A stretch of DNA of 64,000 nucleotides from Rhizodiscina lignyota (Eukaryota): the NCBI GenBank assembly GCA_010015805.1, contig ML978121.1, forward strand, positions 930,001 to 994,000. The letters are read 5' to 3'. Of the stretch, positions 12,879 to 25,165 are shown one piece after another (the first letter of the stretch is position 1; each line of letters starts with the position of its first letter). A model generated the notes under the pieces. The model saw only the letters and a program-made list of their open reading frames with translations. It was not told the DNA's origin and did not search any database. Made by a program: the position numbers and the translations under genes.

Positions 12879-14802
12879 ATGGGTGGCACGCCAATGGAGA
12901 AACAGCGATCGGCTATTATCATAGGTAAGTTATTTTTCTTATTAAATCTCCAATCCACAACTCACTTCTCTCCCAGGGGCTGGAGTCGGAGGCGTTGCGA
13001 CAGCGGCACGTCTTGCGAAAGCCGGCTTTAATGTCACAGTCGTTGAGAAGAATGACTTTACCGGCGGACGGTGCTCTCTCATTCACCATGATGGCTACGT
13101 ACGTCCTATTACTATGTCTAATCACTTGCAATCTGACCCCTCCAAGCGCTTCGATCAAGGTCCCTCCCTCCTGCTCCTACCTCGCTTCTTTGCCGAAACC
13201 TACGCCGACCTCGACACTTCTCTCGCCTCAGAAGGGATCGAACTGCTAAAATGCGAGCCGAATTATCATATCTGGTTCGCTGATGGTGCACAATTCCGTC
13301 TTTCGACCGACCTCGCGCGCATGAAAGCGGAAGTCGAGAAATGGGAGGGTAAGGACGGCTTCTCGCGCTATCTCGCGTTCATGCGTGAGGCACACGCGCA
13401 TTACGAGCTCAGCGTGACGCATGTGCTGAAGCGAAACTTCACGAGCCTGCTAAGCATGGCGAGGCCTGAATTTCTGATGCGGTTGTTCCAACTGCATCCG
13501 TTTGAGAGTATATATGCGCGGGCAAGCAGGTATTTCTGGACAGAGAGGCTGAGGAGAGTCTTCACGTTCGGGAGCATGTATATGGGGATGAGCCCGTTTG
13601 AGGCTCCAGGAACTTATAGCCTGCTACAGTATACAGAGTTGGCGGAGGGAATATGGTATCCACGGGGAGGTTTCAACAGAGTATGTCTTTCTGTTCCATA
13701 TTTCCGAATCTGCGCGTCTCTTACCTGGTGGAAGGTCATCCAAGGAATTGTCGACATTGGGACGCGTTTCGGCGTTAATTATAGATTATCTTCAACGGTC
13801 AGACGCATCATTCTATCCCCAGACGGGCACACAGCCACAGGCGTGGAGCTCGTTTCCGGAGAAAAACTCATGGCCGACCTCGTAATCTGCAACGCAGATC
13901 TGGTATACGCTTACAACAATCTTCTCCCTTCTTCATCTTACGCCACTTCCCTTTCAAAAAGGCCAGCATCATGTAGTAGCATATCCTTCTACTGGGCTCT
14001 AGACCGGTGCGTTCCTGAATTCCAGGCGCACAACATCTTTCTAGCAGAACACTATCAGGAATCATTCGACAGTATTTTCAAATGTCATCTCATTCCCGAA
14101 GAACCAAGCTTCTACGTAAACGTGCCGAGCCGCGTTGATCCAAGCGCCGCTCCGGAAGGCAAAGATGCGATCGTCGTACTCGTTCCCGTAGGACACTTAC
14201 TCTCTAATGATGATGGCGCGGATCATAAGGGGACTCCTGGTTCCCCCAATACTTCTCCAGCCAAGACCCCACAGAATTGGGAGCGGATGATAGAATTTGC
14301 ACGGCGCACTGTTCTCTCCATCGTTGCTGCTCGTACAGGAGTCAACCTGGCACCACACATAGACCACGAAATAATTAATGATCCGGCGACATGGCAAGAG
14401 AAGTTCAACCTCGACCGCGGCGCGATATTAGGACTGAGCCACTCATTCTTCAACGTACTCAGCTTCAGACCGAAGACAAAGCATCCAAACATTCATGGAC
14501 TTTACTTTGTCGGCGCGAGCACGCATCCAGGGACTGGTGTTCCGATATGTCTCGCGGGTGGGAAGATTGTTGCTGAGCAAATTCTTGAAGATGAGAGCGT
14601 CGCTATCCCCTGGGCTAACGGAAGGTCGAAACGATCAGCGCAAAGCGGTGCACTTGACATTGTGAAATCACCACCACTGGTATCACAAGATCTCGTGCTG
14701 GGATTAATTTCATCGGTTATTGTCATGCTCATTGCGGTGGGAATCATGGCGTATGTTGATCATGCTACTCTTTGGAGCTGGATTAACTCTCACTGGCCTT
14801 GA
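12879..14802 (+). CDS. carB: Phytoene desaturase (CrtI type, CarB/Al-1) with C-terminal hydrophobic tail
   Basis: FAD motif IIIGAGVGG, EKNDFTGGRCS, RFDQGPSLLL, LYFVGASTHPGTGVP. Introns 12925..12976, 13099..13146, 13681..13734. Confidence 0.95.
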
Positions 14803-17288
14803 AAATGACGGTTTGTTGCGTCTGCGAGAATATTAGTTACGCCAGAGTCAGTCGTAACGAATCTTATGGACCCCGGTGCCCGCTCATATCCTTGACAGCG
14901 CGCTCATGAGCTTCTCAGACCATTCAAACATCAAAGATCTGCAGGTAGCCTACGGAGAAGGCTCGGAAGCGTTCGACTACGGAAAAGGATATGCGAGTTA
15001 TGGAAGCAATTGCAAGAAGCCTATGCAAGAAGCTTGTTCGGAGTTTGATCGCACTGTTTGGAAAGTGATAGAGAGGGCCGGAGATGCGCAGCGCGGTAGC
15101 GCAACATTAGGACGAACGGCTGCTGCCGGGAGCCGTTTCTGACTGAGGTGGTCGAGGTGATCGACACGCCAATCTACGACAACAGAAAATCCTCGGCTCA
15201 AGCTCAGAACTTTATTAGATTAGTGCCATAGGCGAATGCGGATAGACTTGCCTTCTGAAAATGTGAGTGTCTCCTTTAGGTATGAGATGGTGGGCAAGCA
15301 CACCAATCCAAGATGATTGACGTTTCGAGCGACTTGCGAGCAGCATTACAGCCTGGGGCCGCTGATGGCAGCCCCTCTGTAGTTTCTGAAATTTCTCGAC
15401 CCTCCCACTCAGCAAGAACTTTTTCGGGGAGTGATAAGTTGCTTCACATCAATTTGTTGGCTGAATCCGCAGAGCGCTGGGTCTCGTCTGTCTCTTGTCT
15501 CGTCTGCGTGCTGTTTCCGCACAATCCGATACGAGTTACTGCAATGGAGAGCCGCTGGTGGTGCTGTTCATGTGCCACCTCAGAGTCTGACTCCTCAACT
15601 CCAGCAGCTTGTCACGATTCGAAGATCCTGACAATGAAGAGCGGTAAGGCACGTGTATTGCATGGACGTTTGGATAGTCAAGGCCACAAGGGTTCGGACG
15701 CTAGCGAATAGGCTCGAAGCGGAGGGGCGGTAGTAGCTTTGAGTGGAAAGGAAAAGTCTCCATCTGGTGTGATGGAAAGGGTTGTCGAGCTTCCCGGTCG
15801 GCACTATCCGATTGGCGACGGCGATCATCATGCATGGACACAACGGCGCCCAGGAATGGATGGCTCCTTGCTAGGGGTAAGGGTCATGGTGAGTAAGAGC
15901 GGAGCGCAACGGGGCCCGTGGATTTGCTTCAACATCATTATTAATGATGGAGCTCTCCATTATTGAGAACAGAGTTCCAAGTTTCTGTCGCGCGAGAAAG
16001 CATCGGAGCTTGTGGGCTGATGAAGTGACGGCGTAGCGACGGTAGCGAAGAATGCTCTTTGCTACGAAATGACACTGTTCCCGCTTGCGAGTTAGGCATA
16101 TACTTTCGCCTACGCAAAGACCGGTGAGCTGTATGTATCAACTCGGTAAGACTCGGATTTTGAATGATTTCATTGCAGAGGGGCTGTTGGAGCGCGTTGT
16201 CTTGCCAAGGTCAGGGTTCTCAGGGATGGCATCGCGATGCTAAAAGGACTGGCTGTAGAATATCAGTGGAGGCGTCTAGGTTGTGATTGATGTGCATCGT
16301 CTATGGCGCATGACTCGAAACAAATTTTGATAATTCAAAACGTTCTTGCATATGCCATCTGTACCTCGCAAGTACCCGCAAAATTCGGGAGGAAGCGGTC
16401 GCAATGCATTCGGCGCACAAGGCAACAGAGCCTGGAAACTGCGTCTGGATATCCATCCTTCGTCTGATGTGTGACGTGAGGTGGAGTGAGAGACTGAAGT
16501 TTTCAGAAATGTTCGTTGCTTTGTGACGTTTACATTGACATGAATGGTCAGAAACTTGTGCGTTTTAGCGCCACATCCAGACCCCAGTTTAATTTCGAAA
16601 CGGCCCTTGCCAGCAGCGCTGTTGACCTTTGAACAACTTGACATCATGCATTTCGCGAGAAATGCCATGTTCAAACAGCTACCGAATGCACTCGTCACAG
16701 CCCTATTCGCTGAGAATCTCGTCGATCGTAGCTGGAGGCAGCTGCGCGGATATGATCATTTGATTGATTGACATGTGGCTAGCCACCTGGCCAGCAAACT
16801 CAGAAGCAAACCTTGGATGACTGGATCAACATCTCATCACCTCAGGCCACCTTATCTGGCTTAGTATGATCCCAAATCACACACACCACCAAAATCACAG
16901 CGCTCCAGCTCTGACAGAATTCGCCGCCAAACTCGCTCGCTGCATCCGGTCCTGCCGAAGGCCCTGTCCCTCTCAAACCATTGAGCAGATGATGGAAGCT
17001 TGACTCTGCAGATGCCGCTATGTCATTGCAGCTTTTGTAACTGGTGAGTAACAGTTGTGCCCTGGCAGCATGCTGCTCCGTCATTAAAGCGGCCATGGAG
17101 GGGATCATAGTCGCAAAGCGTCCCTTGCCGCATTTTATTCATATAGCGCGACTCTTCCACCTTCGTCCAGTTTCCTGCAGTCATCTTAAACGCCCTCCCA
17201 AGCTTTCGCCGGTCGAACTCGTTCAGGAACGAAGCTTGCATTAAGTAATTAGACGCGTGCGTCAAACGAAACCTATACTCTAGTCACG

Positions 17289-18363
17289 ATGATGCTCGAA
17301 AGGAGAAACCATGCTCTGCAGGACAACCGTAAGCCAAGATTCACATGTAAATGGGAAGGAATTGAGAAATCTCACTTTTCATACAGCCAGCATCTTCAAG
17401 GGGCAAGTCGCAGACATTTCCATCACGAGACGTGGATCCGATTGGTACTGGACCGTGTGCGCGATCATGACCGTCTCGACTCTCGCATTTTTAGGTCTTG
17501 CCTTCATGAGGCCCCGCTCGAACCGCATCTTCCACTACATCACTGCCGGTATCACCATGGTCGCAGCCGTTGCGTACTTCTCCATGGGCTCCAACCTTGG
17601 CTGGACGCCAATCGCAGTCGAGTTTCATCGTTCTGAGCACATCGTCCGTGGTACATACCGCGAGATCTTCTATGTCCGCTACATCGACTGGTTCGTTACG
17701 ACTCCGCTCATTCTTATGGACCTTTTCCTCACGGCCGGCATGCCATGGCCAACCATTCTGTGGGTCGTCTTGGTCGACTGGGTCATGGTTGTCTCTTTTC
17801 TTGTTGGCACACTTGTCGAGTCTCAGTACAAATGGGGATACTTCGCCTTCGGTAAGCCACATTTCCCCAGGTCAAATCAAGTTCAGTCCATCCGTTGACT
17901 CTCCAAAGGCTGCGCTGCCCTCTTCTACATCCTCTATCAGCTCGTTTGGGAAGGCCGTCGCCACGCCAACGCCCTTGGTAACGATGTGGGCCGTGTCTTC
18001 CTCGCAAGCGGCTCTGTCATCCTGATCACCTGGATCTGTTACCCGATTTGCTGGGGTGTCAGTGAGGGCGGTAACGTCATTGCTCCTGATTCCGAGGCCA
18101 TCTTCTACGGCATCCTGGACATTCTCTCCAAGCCAGTCTTCGGTGCCCTGCTTATCCTCGGCCACTGGAACATTGACCCTGCTCGTCTTGGCCTCCGTAT
18201 CCGCGACTTTGATGAGAACCCGGCTGTTCACGGCGGCTTCACCGAGAAGAAGGAGACCAACGGCGCTGGTGGTGTCACGAATGGCACAAACGGCCACACC
18301 AATGGCCACACCAACGGCGCGACTGCTACCGCGCCCACTGAAACCCCAGCTGAGACTGTCTAA
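17289..18363 (+). CDS. carO: Fungal type I rhodopsin (CarO-like opsin)
   Basis: Multi-TM protein: GSDWYW, helix C RYIDWFVTTPLILMD (D85/T89/D96 equivalents), helix G DILSKPVFG with the retinal-binding Lys. Introns 17329..17386 and 17852..17908. Lies downstream of carB. Confidence 0.93.
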
Positions 18364-19813
18364 GCAGCTCCATATAGGTGCCCAGTGAACCGGCATTCGC
18401 AAATACGTGGCTGGTGCCATATGGATCAACGAGGTGGTGTGCCGAGAACTAGTCTGTAATGGATGGTGCAGATACCCTTCAAGATTGCAATGTTTTTTGC
18501 TCTTTTACTGGTCGCTGGTCGCTCGCTTACTTGCACGATACCACTGCTGTGCTGTCCGTCTTTGCGTAGATTCGTATTGATGCGGTGAAATGACGAGGTA
18601 ATGGTGCATAGTGCCTGAAGTTAAGGCGTAATGAAGAAGTCTCCTTGTATAGTTATAGCGATAATCAGAATAAAATTAGCAAATTTACACTATTCTCGTC
18701 TGTTGAGTGTGAAATAAAGATCTCCATCAAGCTGACTTTAATGATAACTTAGCTCCTGTTAGCTTGGTCTTGCTATGAGGCTCGGGTAGGAATTGACACA
18801 ATATCGATGCTAATCTCAACCATTGATGATAGTGCACGATCCTAAGATGAGCTTTAATCAATCCATAGACATATACAATGAAATTCGCAGGATTTGAATG
18901 TTCAATTGACGTTTGAAGTTGAAATCCCATTTTACCCACCTTTTAGCCGCCTGCCTAAATGGGCAGGCACAAACGAGCCGTCTTCCATTACGTTCCGGTT
19001 TCAAGGTCTTTAGAGTCAGTTCTGTTCTATTAGCCCGGTGACCGAACAGAAGTCAATTTTTGGCTCTACACAGCGCAAAAAGCGCCTGAAGTGGCTCCTC
19101 TGCACGGAAGTTACCGCGCATTGACTATTTTCGATTTAGATCACGTGCTCTGGCGCCAGTTTCGCGCTAACCCTGATGGAGGGGACGCGTCTTTCCAATT
19201 CTCTCTTGAACTGCATACATGGTCCTCCTGACCACAATCCAAGCACCAGATAACGAGGAGCTAGGTTAAGAGACTACCAATGTTCGCGTCGTCGGATTAT
19301 ACGATGCGATCTTTTGGGCCAATGTTGCTGCGGGAACAAGAGGTTCTTGAATCCCTCATTTTCAAATGACACGACTTCGATTCATACACACGCGACCCCG
19401 ACGAAGATGGTCTCCTTACGGTCGAAGCATTTCGTTTACCGCCATTCCCACGGGAGGAATTGTGAGCTTTGACACTCTGAAATACCAGCGTTGTTGGGAC
19501 CGTTATGCTGTCAAGGCTAAATAGTTCCAGCACAGGGAAGTTAGATAAATCGCCGGTGCTAATGTCTCAATTAAGGAGACTCCGGATTCGGGTTCAATAG
19601 TAACTCTCAGACAATTCGAACAGACAAAAGCCTTAGTCGAGGTTTGGGACATTAAAGACTCAGTTTAGAATGTATTCGGAAAGCTCTCTGCCGAAGGCAT
19701 TACTAGTGAGTATTTGGATTTCTCTTTGAGTTTTACATGACCCGTGCTGTCTTCGTGACCCAGAGCGTCCTATTTCATCTCAATACCAGTTCCTTCCGCA
19801 GCTGTCCGAACAT

Positions 19814-20940
19814 TCAAGCAATTGCTGGAAGTATCGTAGTCGAGTTGACGACGAAGCCGTCCCCTGCATCTCCATTAGTACTGCTTGAATTCTTCTATGA
19901 TGCCTTAACTTACCGTCGGCATTATAGATACACATGTCCGTGGCACTAGTTCATCCAACAGTCAGCAGGCGCTTGTAAAGACTACTGTGGAGGCAGAGCT
20001 TACTATTGTGGGCTGGTTGTTGCAGAGATGTCCGGTACAAGGAAAACGTCGAAGCCCTTGTAGTATGAGTCGAGGAATGTTCCCCACTGGCAAATCATTC
20101 AGCACTGCAACCTTTGGTCTATCTGGATATGCCAGACTCACCACACACTGATCCGTGTTCACACCACCGAAGAACAGCGTCGTGATTCCATTCTCCTGGA
20201 GGAACAAGCCAAGAGGCGTTTGCGCACCCCACATCCCGCTCAGCCTGTTTTTGTTGAAGTAGAAGTCTGTCCCGGCATCAACGCCCTCTACCTGCAACGG
20301 ATGCAGCGGACCGTATAACTGGCTGTTCCACTGATTTCGCATTAGGAGGCGGCCTGCGGGAATGCCGTCGACCGTTCCCATGTCGCTACCGAACGTCTCG
20401 TTTTGCAAGTCCGATCCATTGGCTGAGAATCCGGACAGGAATGCAGGCGGCATCGTTAGGAGGTCAAAGTCGTCGAGTCCCCAGTTTGTCCAGAGCACTT
20501 TGATGCCTGCCTTTCGGAAGCCATCGACCATGCTCACAGTCGTGTTCACGATCGCTCTGCCTTTGGTAGCTCCGGGTGAAAGGCCGGGATGGAGGAAGTA
20601 GTTCTGCATGTCAATTATGACAAGTCCCGTCCTTGAAGGCTCAATAATGGCGTTCTTCCGGCCGCCGATCATACCGGATATCATCTTGGGCGTGGTGACG
20701 GGGAGTCGGTCTGACCTCGTAAGATCGAACACGCCATCGGACTTGCTCCAGCTGTGTACAAGTCAGTCAGACTTTCGCGTAAAGGATGAGCAGAGTACGT
20801 TACTAGCTGTAGTAATTGCCTAGGACGGAGGCATTGGTAGGGAGTGTGCCAACTATCGGCGTCGTCGTGATGCCAGGCACTTGAGAGGTCACACACGTCA
20901 CCGCAGTCAACAGCACAGCCGCAGAATTCAGAAAATGCAT
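19814..20940 (-). CDS. Secreted isochorismatase-family (cysteine hydrolase) protein
   Basis: Signal-like MHFLNSAAVLLTAVTCVTS; triad motifs IIDMQNYF (Asp), KNRLSG (Lys), GVNTDQCV (Cys). Introns 20803..20752, 20141..20087, 20003..19946 and about 19913..19864; ends GDGFVVNSTTILPAIA*. Confidence 0.85.
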
Positions 20941-23198
20941 CTTGTCAAATAGGATAATCGAGATTCCGGCTGTCACCAAAACAATTGCAAATTTTGATAT
21001 TACTCCGGGCATTTATATTCTCGCTCGGCACTCTGCCCGAGTTGCCCTATCTAACACCACCTCTACTCGTTGGATGTTTGTATTCGAAAGAGTATACCGG
21101 TAGCACTTAGGCAAAATTGGAATGTGCTCTTATCGGTGTGTAAGGCGTGCCCTATCATGAATAAAGTTGACTTCGATATCAAAGTTAGATCTTCATTACC
21201 TGATTAGGCAGGTCGTTGAGCGGCATCGGAATATATGCAGAGAGTCGGGTGCCGGGTGGTGCCTCAACCTTTCTTGCTTCCGACAATTAGGGCTGTAATA
21301 TGTACATGTCTACCTCAGCATATGCTGATTGAGTTCTTTGCTGACGGGCTCAGCGGATTGGCGGAGATATTACGACGAGAGTGCGGAGCAAAGTCCTTCT
21401 GCAAAGTCCTTCCCGTCTGCTTCCACCATAAAGCATAAGCTGCGAAACTTGATATCAACTGACAGCCTCCGTGGAGAGCAGTCTATGTATCGAAATATAG
21501 TACAAATACGAATGAAATCTTTCATGGACAAGCCTCCGTCTTCATCTGTTCTTCCGATGTACTACTGTCCGATGGGAGGTAGGTTGAGAACAATGATCCC
21601 CAGATCGCGCGTATCGTAAGGGCAATGGATGTTCTTCATTGAACCGGTCTTTGAAGGAGTAGGATTATGGTACATGGTTATTGATGGGGCTGTGAAGGAA
21701 GTGCAATCATGCACATGGCGAATTTTCCGATTTCATTTTGGCAACTGGAACTCGTCGTATCTGTTAACGAATGACATGCCCAAGTTACGATCGTGCATAG
21801 TATGTCTTAGAATGTTTGCTTTGAATAGAGAAGGAATCGAATTGACTTAACGTATCGTGTGCTGGCAACCTCGTCAACGTCGCTAACAATCAAGAGGATC
21901 TGTGTGATTGGTACACGCTCATTATCAGCCCTTCTTGTCTTAAAGTCTCCATGGCCCAGAAGTGGTTTATAGCTTGCGATACTGCTCTATGCGGTGCTCC
22001 GGTCATGTCGGTTTGTGTCTTGCTCAGTAAGTTGTCGCGAGTTGTCGTCGATGTCAACGCGTGACTCGTGCCCCTGGCGTTTTTGCGCTTCCCAAAGGCA
22101 AACGAAATGAATCTAGCCCAGATCTGAATGCCTTGACTTTCTCTCTTTGCATCGATAGGGCCATCCACAGCCACAAGAGAAGTGTTGTTCAGTAGATTCT
22201 AGATTTTCTCCAGCAATCGATCGACAAGCATGAAGCGACGCATGACTTGAGACGAGTCCCAACAACTTCCCCAGCGGCATTTCAGAAACTAACTTTCACG
22301 ATGCGTTACCTGCGTTGTCAGCGTGCTCATAAAGCAGTCCTGATCGGATTGTTCATCTTCCCCAACGCCCGGTCAGCTGTTCTAATGCCTGCAGGAGGTT
22401 CGCATGGGAGCTCCATCCTTTTGATCCTGCCCACCAAGCCAAGGCAAGCGAAAGGGAAAATTGTCCGCGCTTTCGTTCCCCCTAATGCCATCAAGGAAGC
22501 TTTCCAAGCGACATTTACGGAGCTTGGACGAGAATTTGCCGATGCCCTCGAACTTGGACCAGTCTTGCGAACTGGCTAAACAACATTCCCATGGTGCAAA
22601 CATGGCAATTGCTCCGCAGTCGGCGGTCCTGCATTGCGGATGTAACGGGCCAGGATCTTACGCGCATGTTCTGTCGTCAGTGTACATCTCTCGCGCACAG
22701 GAATACTCCAGCCGCAAAATGCCCCTCAAAAACGCCCCACTATCTGACTTTGAAAAGGAACCATTCCTGCAGACACGCGCGCCTCAAACAGGGCGGTAAC
22801 TCGTTAGTGACGTCGAGCGGCATCGTCTCTGCTCATGGCGGCCAATCAGTGGGCTCAATTGGTGCAGCATGTCGCTGCAAGCCACCGCTAGTTGCTGCAA
22901 AGGTTGATATTTCGTGACACTTCTGCCTTGTCTTATACTCATGTGAACAACTTTCTACTAGCTCTTCGTACACCGCAACGATAAGAAATGTTGAGCACGA
23001 TAGTGGTTTTGCGTGCGTCATTCGCTCAATGGCGTGACAGCGCTAGAAGTCAATAAGATTTGCTCAAATGCAGTCAGGGCGCTGGTATATAGGTAGGTCG
23101 GAGCTATTCAGAGTGTATAATCGTCTACTTGATATACATATCAGCTTTATTCTTTCACTACTCTATACTACTGATAGATTCCCCTCATATCAATCAAG

Positions 23199-24290
23199 AT
23201 GGCTATTACAGTAGACCCCGAAGTCAAGAACGCTGAATCGCTCAAAGTCCCTCGACCAAGTATGTCTCGATCAGACTCCGGGTACATGGGCACGAAGCGG
23301 AAGATCATCTGTTTCTCAGGTACGTGAGGAAATGTTTCCAAATGGATTTTCTCTCTTTTTGCCTCATGCTAACGGGTATGGCCAGACTTTGACGGCACAA
23401 TCTTCATGCAAGACACCGGCCACATTCTATTCGACAACTTCGGCTGCGGCATCGAGAAAAAGAAGATCCTCGACCAGCAGATTCATTCCGGAGAGCGATC
23501 ATTCCGCGATGTCTCTGACGAGATGTGGGGCTCATTGAACGTGCCATTCGAAGATGGCTTTGCTGTCATGAAGGACCATCTTGACATCGACCCCGACTTT
23601 GCATTCTTCCACGAGTTCTGCAGGAACAACAAGATACCTTTCAACGTCATCAGTGCAGGTCTAAAGCCAATCTTGAGGAGAGTGCTGGACCACTTCATTG
23701 GCGAAGATGCTTCGTCCTACACAGAGATTGTTGCCAACGATGCAGCAATCAACGAGGATGGATCAGAGTGGAAGCCGATCTGGCGACATGACACGGAGCT
23801 GGGCCACGATAAGGCTCTCTCCATTACTGAATACCGCAATCAAGCACTCGAGAGCAGCAGCGACGAGACGATCCCGATGATCATCTTCATTGGCGACGGC
23901 GTGTCCGACCTGCCTGCCGCTCGAGAAGCAGATGTGCTCTTCGCGCGCCGTGGACTCAGGCTTGAAGAGTATTGCATAGAGAATCGCCTCCCTTACCTGC
24001 CATTTGACACCTTCGCGGACATTCAGCGGGAAGTCATCAAAATCGCACGCCTCGACGAGGAGAAGACCAAAGGCAGCGGCCTACCAGCGAACTTCAACCC
24101 GCGAGCCAACCTCTGGAGGCGTGCGTCGAGCAGGAATGCTGTGGCCATGTTCAAGGCCCTCACGCCTATCGACGAGAGGATGGTGGTCTGGCCAGAGATT
24201 TTCACGCAGATGAACCCAGCGGCGAATCCAGTGGTGAATGCAGCGGCAATACCGACGGAGCCTGTCAAGATTGCACAACCTGCTGCATAA
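23199..24290 (+). CDS. HAD-superfamily phosphatase (MtnX / phosphoserine-phosphatase-like; resembles yeast YNL010W/Pyp1)
   Basis: Intron 23320..23385 reconstitutes motif I SDFDGTI; motif II VISAG; GHDK; motif IV IGDGVSDLPAA. Confidence 0.85.
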
Positions 24291-25165
24291 AAGAAGGTCG
24301 GACATGTTATAGATTCTGTTTCTTTTCATTGCCTGGCGTTCGGTGTGAGACATGGTATTGTGGCGTTGGTCGGCTCCGTGCGGAAGCGAAGTGTGGGAAG
24401 CTAAAAGGAATGCAGTTCATCAGGCTGAACATGAGCGGCCCATTTACCTATATGTGTTAGTAGTAACGGGGGCCACGGCCCACCCAGGATAATTACTGAT
24501 GGTTATTTGCATACGATGAGTACGCGGTGTCGTGTGCTTCGCTGCGCTCGTGTCCATTGGCCTTGTGGATAACGCGTCATGGTTCCGGTACGTCATATGG
24601 ATGCGAGGCGTTTTTAAGGATGGCGATCACTGGATGCATCTCCACCATGCCGTCTGTACTTGGCCCTCAGCTCGCATGCATCTGGACAGCTTCCTCCAGT
24701 GTCGCGCGATCAGTGAGCGGACAAGTTTTAAAATCGCGCAGTGCCATCTGAAACGGCGATATTAGCTGCCCAAAGTAATCAAGGCAGCGCCCCGAGCTCA
24801 GCTCGTGCTCCACCCAGCAACCCAGTCGCTTTGAGCAAAGCTCTCGCCAGGGGATGCGACCACTCCGCGCACGAGCTACAGCTGTATGTACATATCTGAG
24901 CCCCCTTCGCCTGCAGCCATTGCGACATCCCCAGCGCAGCAGGAATCGAAACAATGCCCACACCCGATTCCTGAGTCTCACTCTCGCGTTCCTGAGCTCA
25001 GCTTGCTTCAAGCCCCAGCTTCACGACCGGGGCAACCCCGCTTAGCAGCCGCGATCGTCACCCGCAGTCCGCGTCGCACCAACAGCGTCGTTCGTACCAT
25101 AATAGCAGCGCCGTCTCTGCCCTCCTCTTCCCTTGGTAGCAGGCAGGGCAGCCTTATAAGACGTC

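Noticed and set aside
14803..17288. Short ORFs between carB and the opsin as a possible fifth cluster gene
   Set aside because: All 140 aa or less, no recognisable motif, no consistent splice model.
19304..19550. Plus-strand frame interrupted only by three TGA codons (19367, 19463, 19478), suggesting a pseudogene or recoding
   Set aside because: About 80 codons with no recognisable family; three stops in that length is near random expectation.
22247..22579. 110-aa ORF with an acceptor-like CTAAT...CAG
   Set aside because: No clear start, donor or family motif; could be a gene fragment but unsupported.
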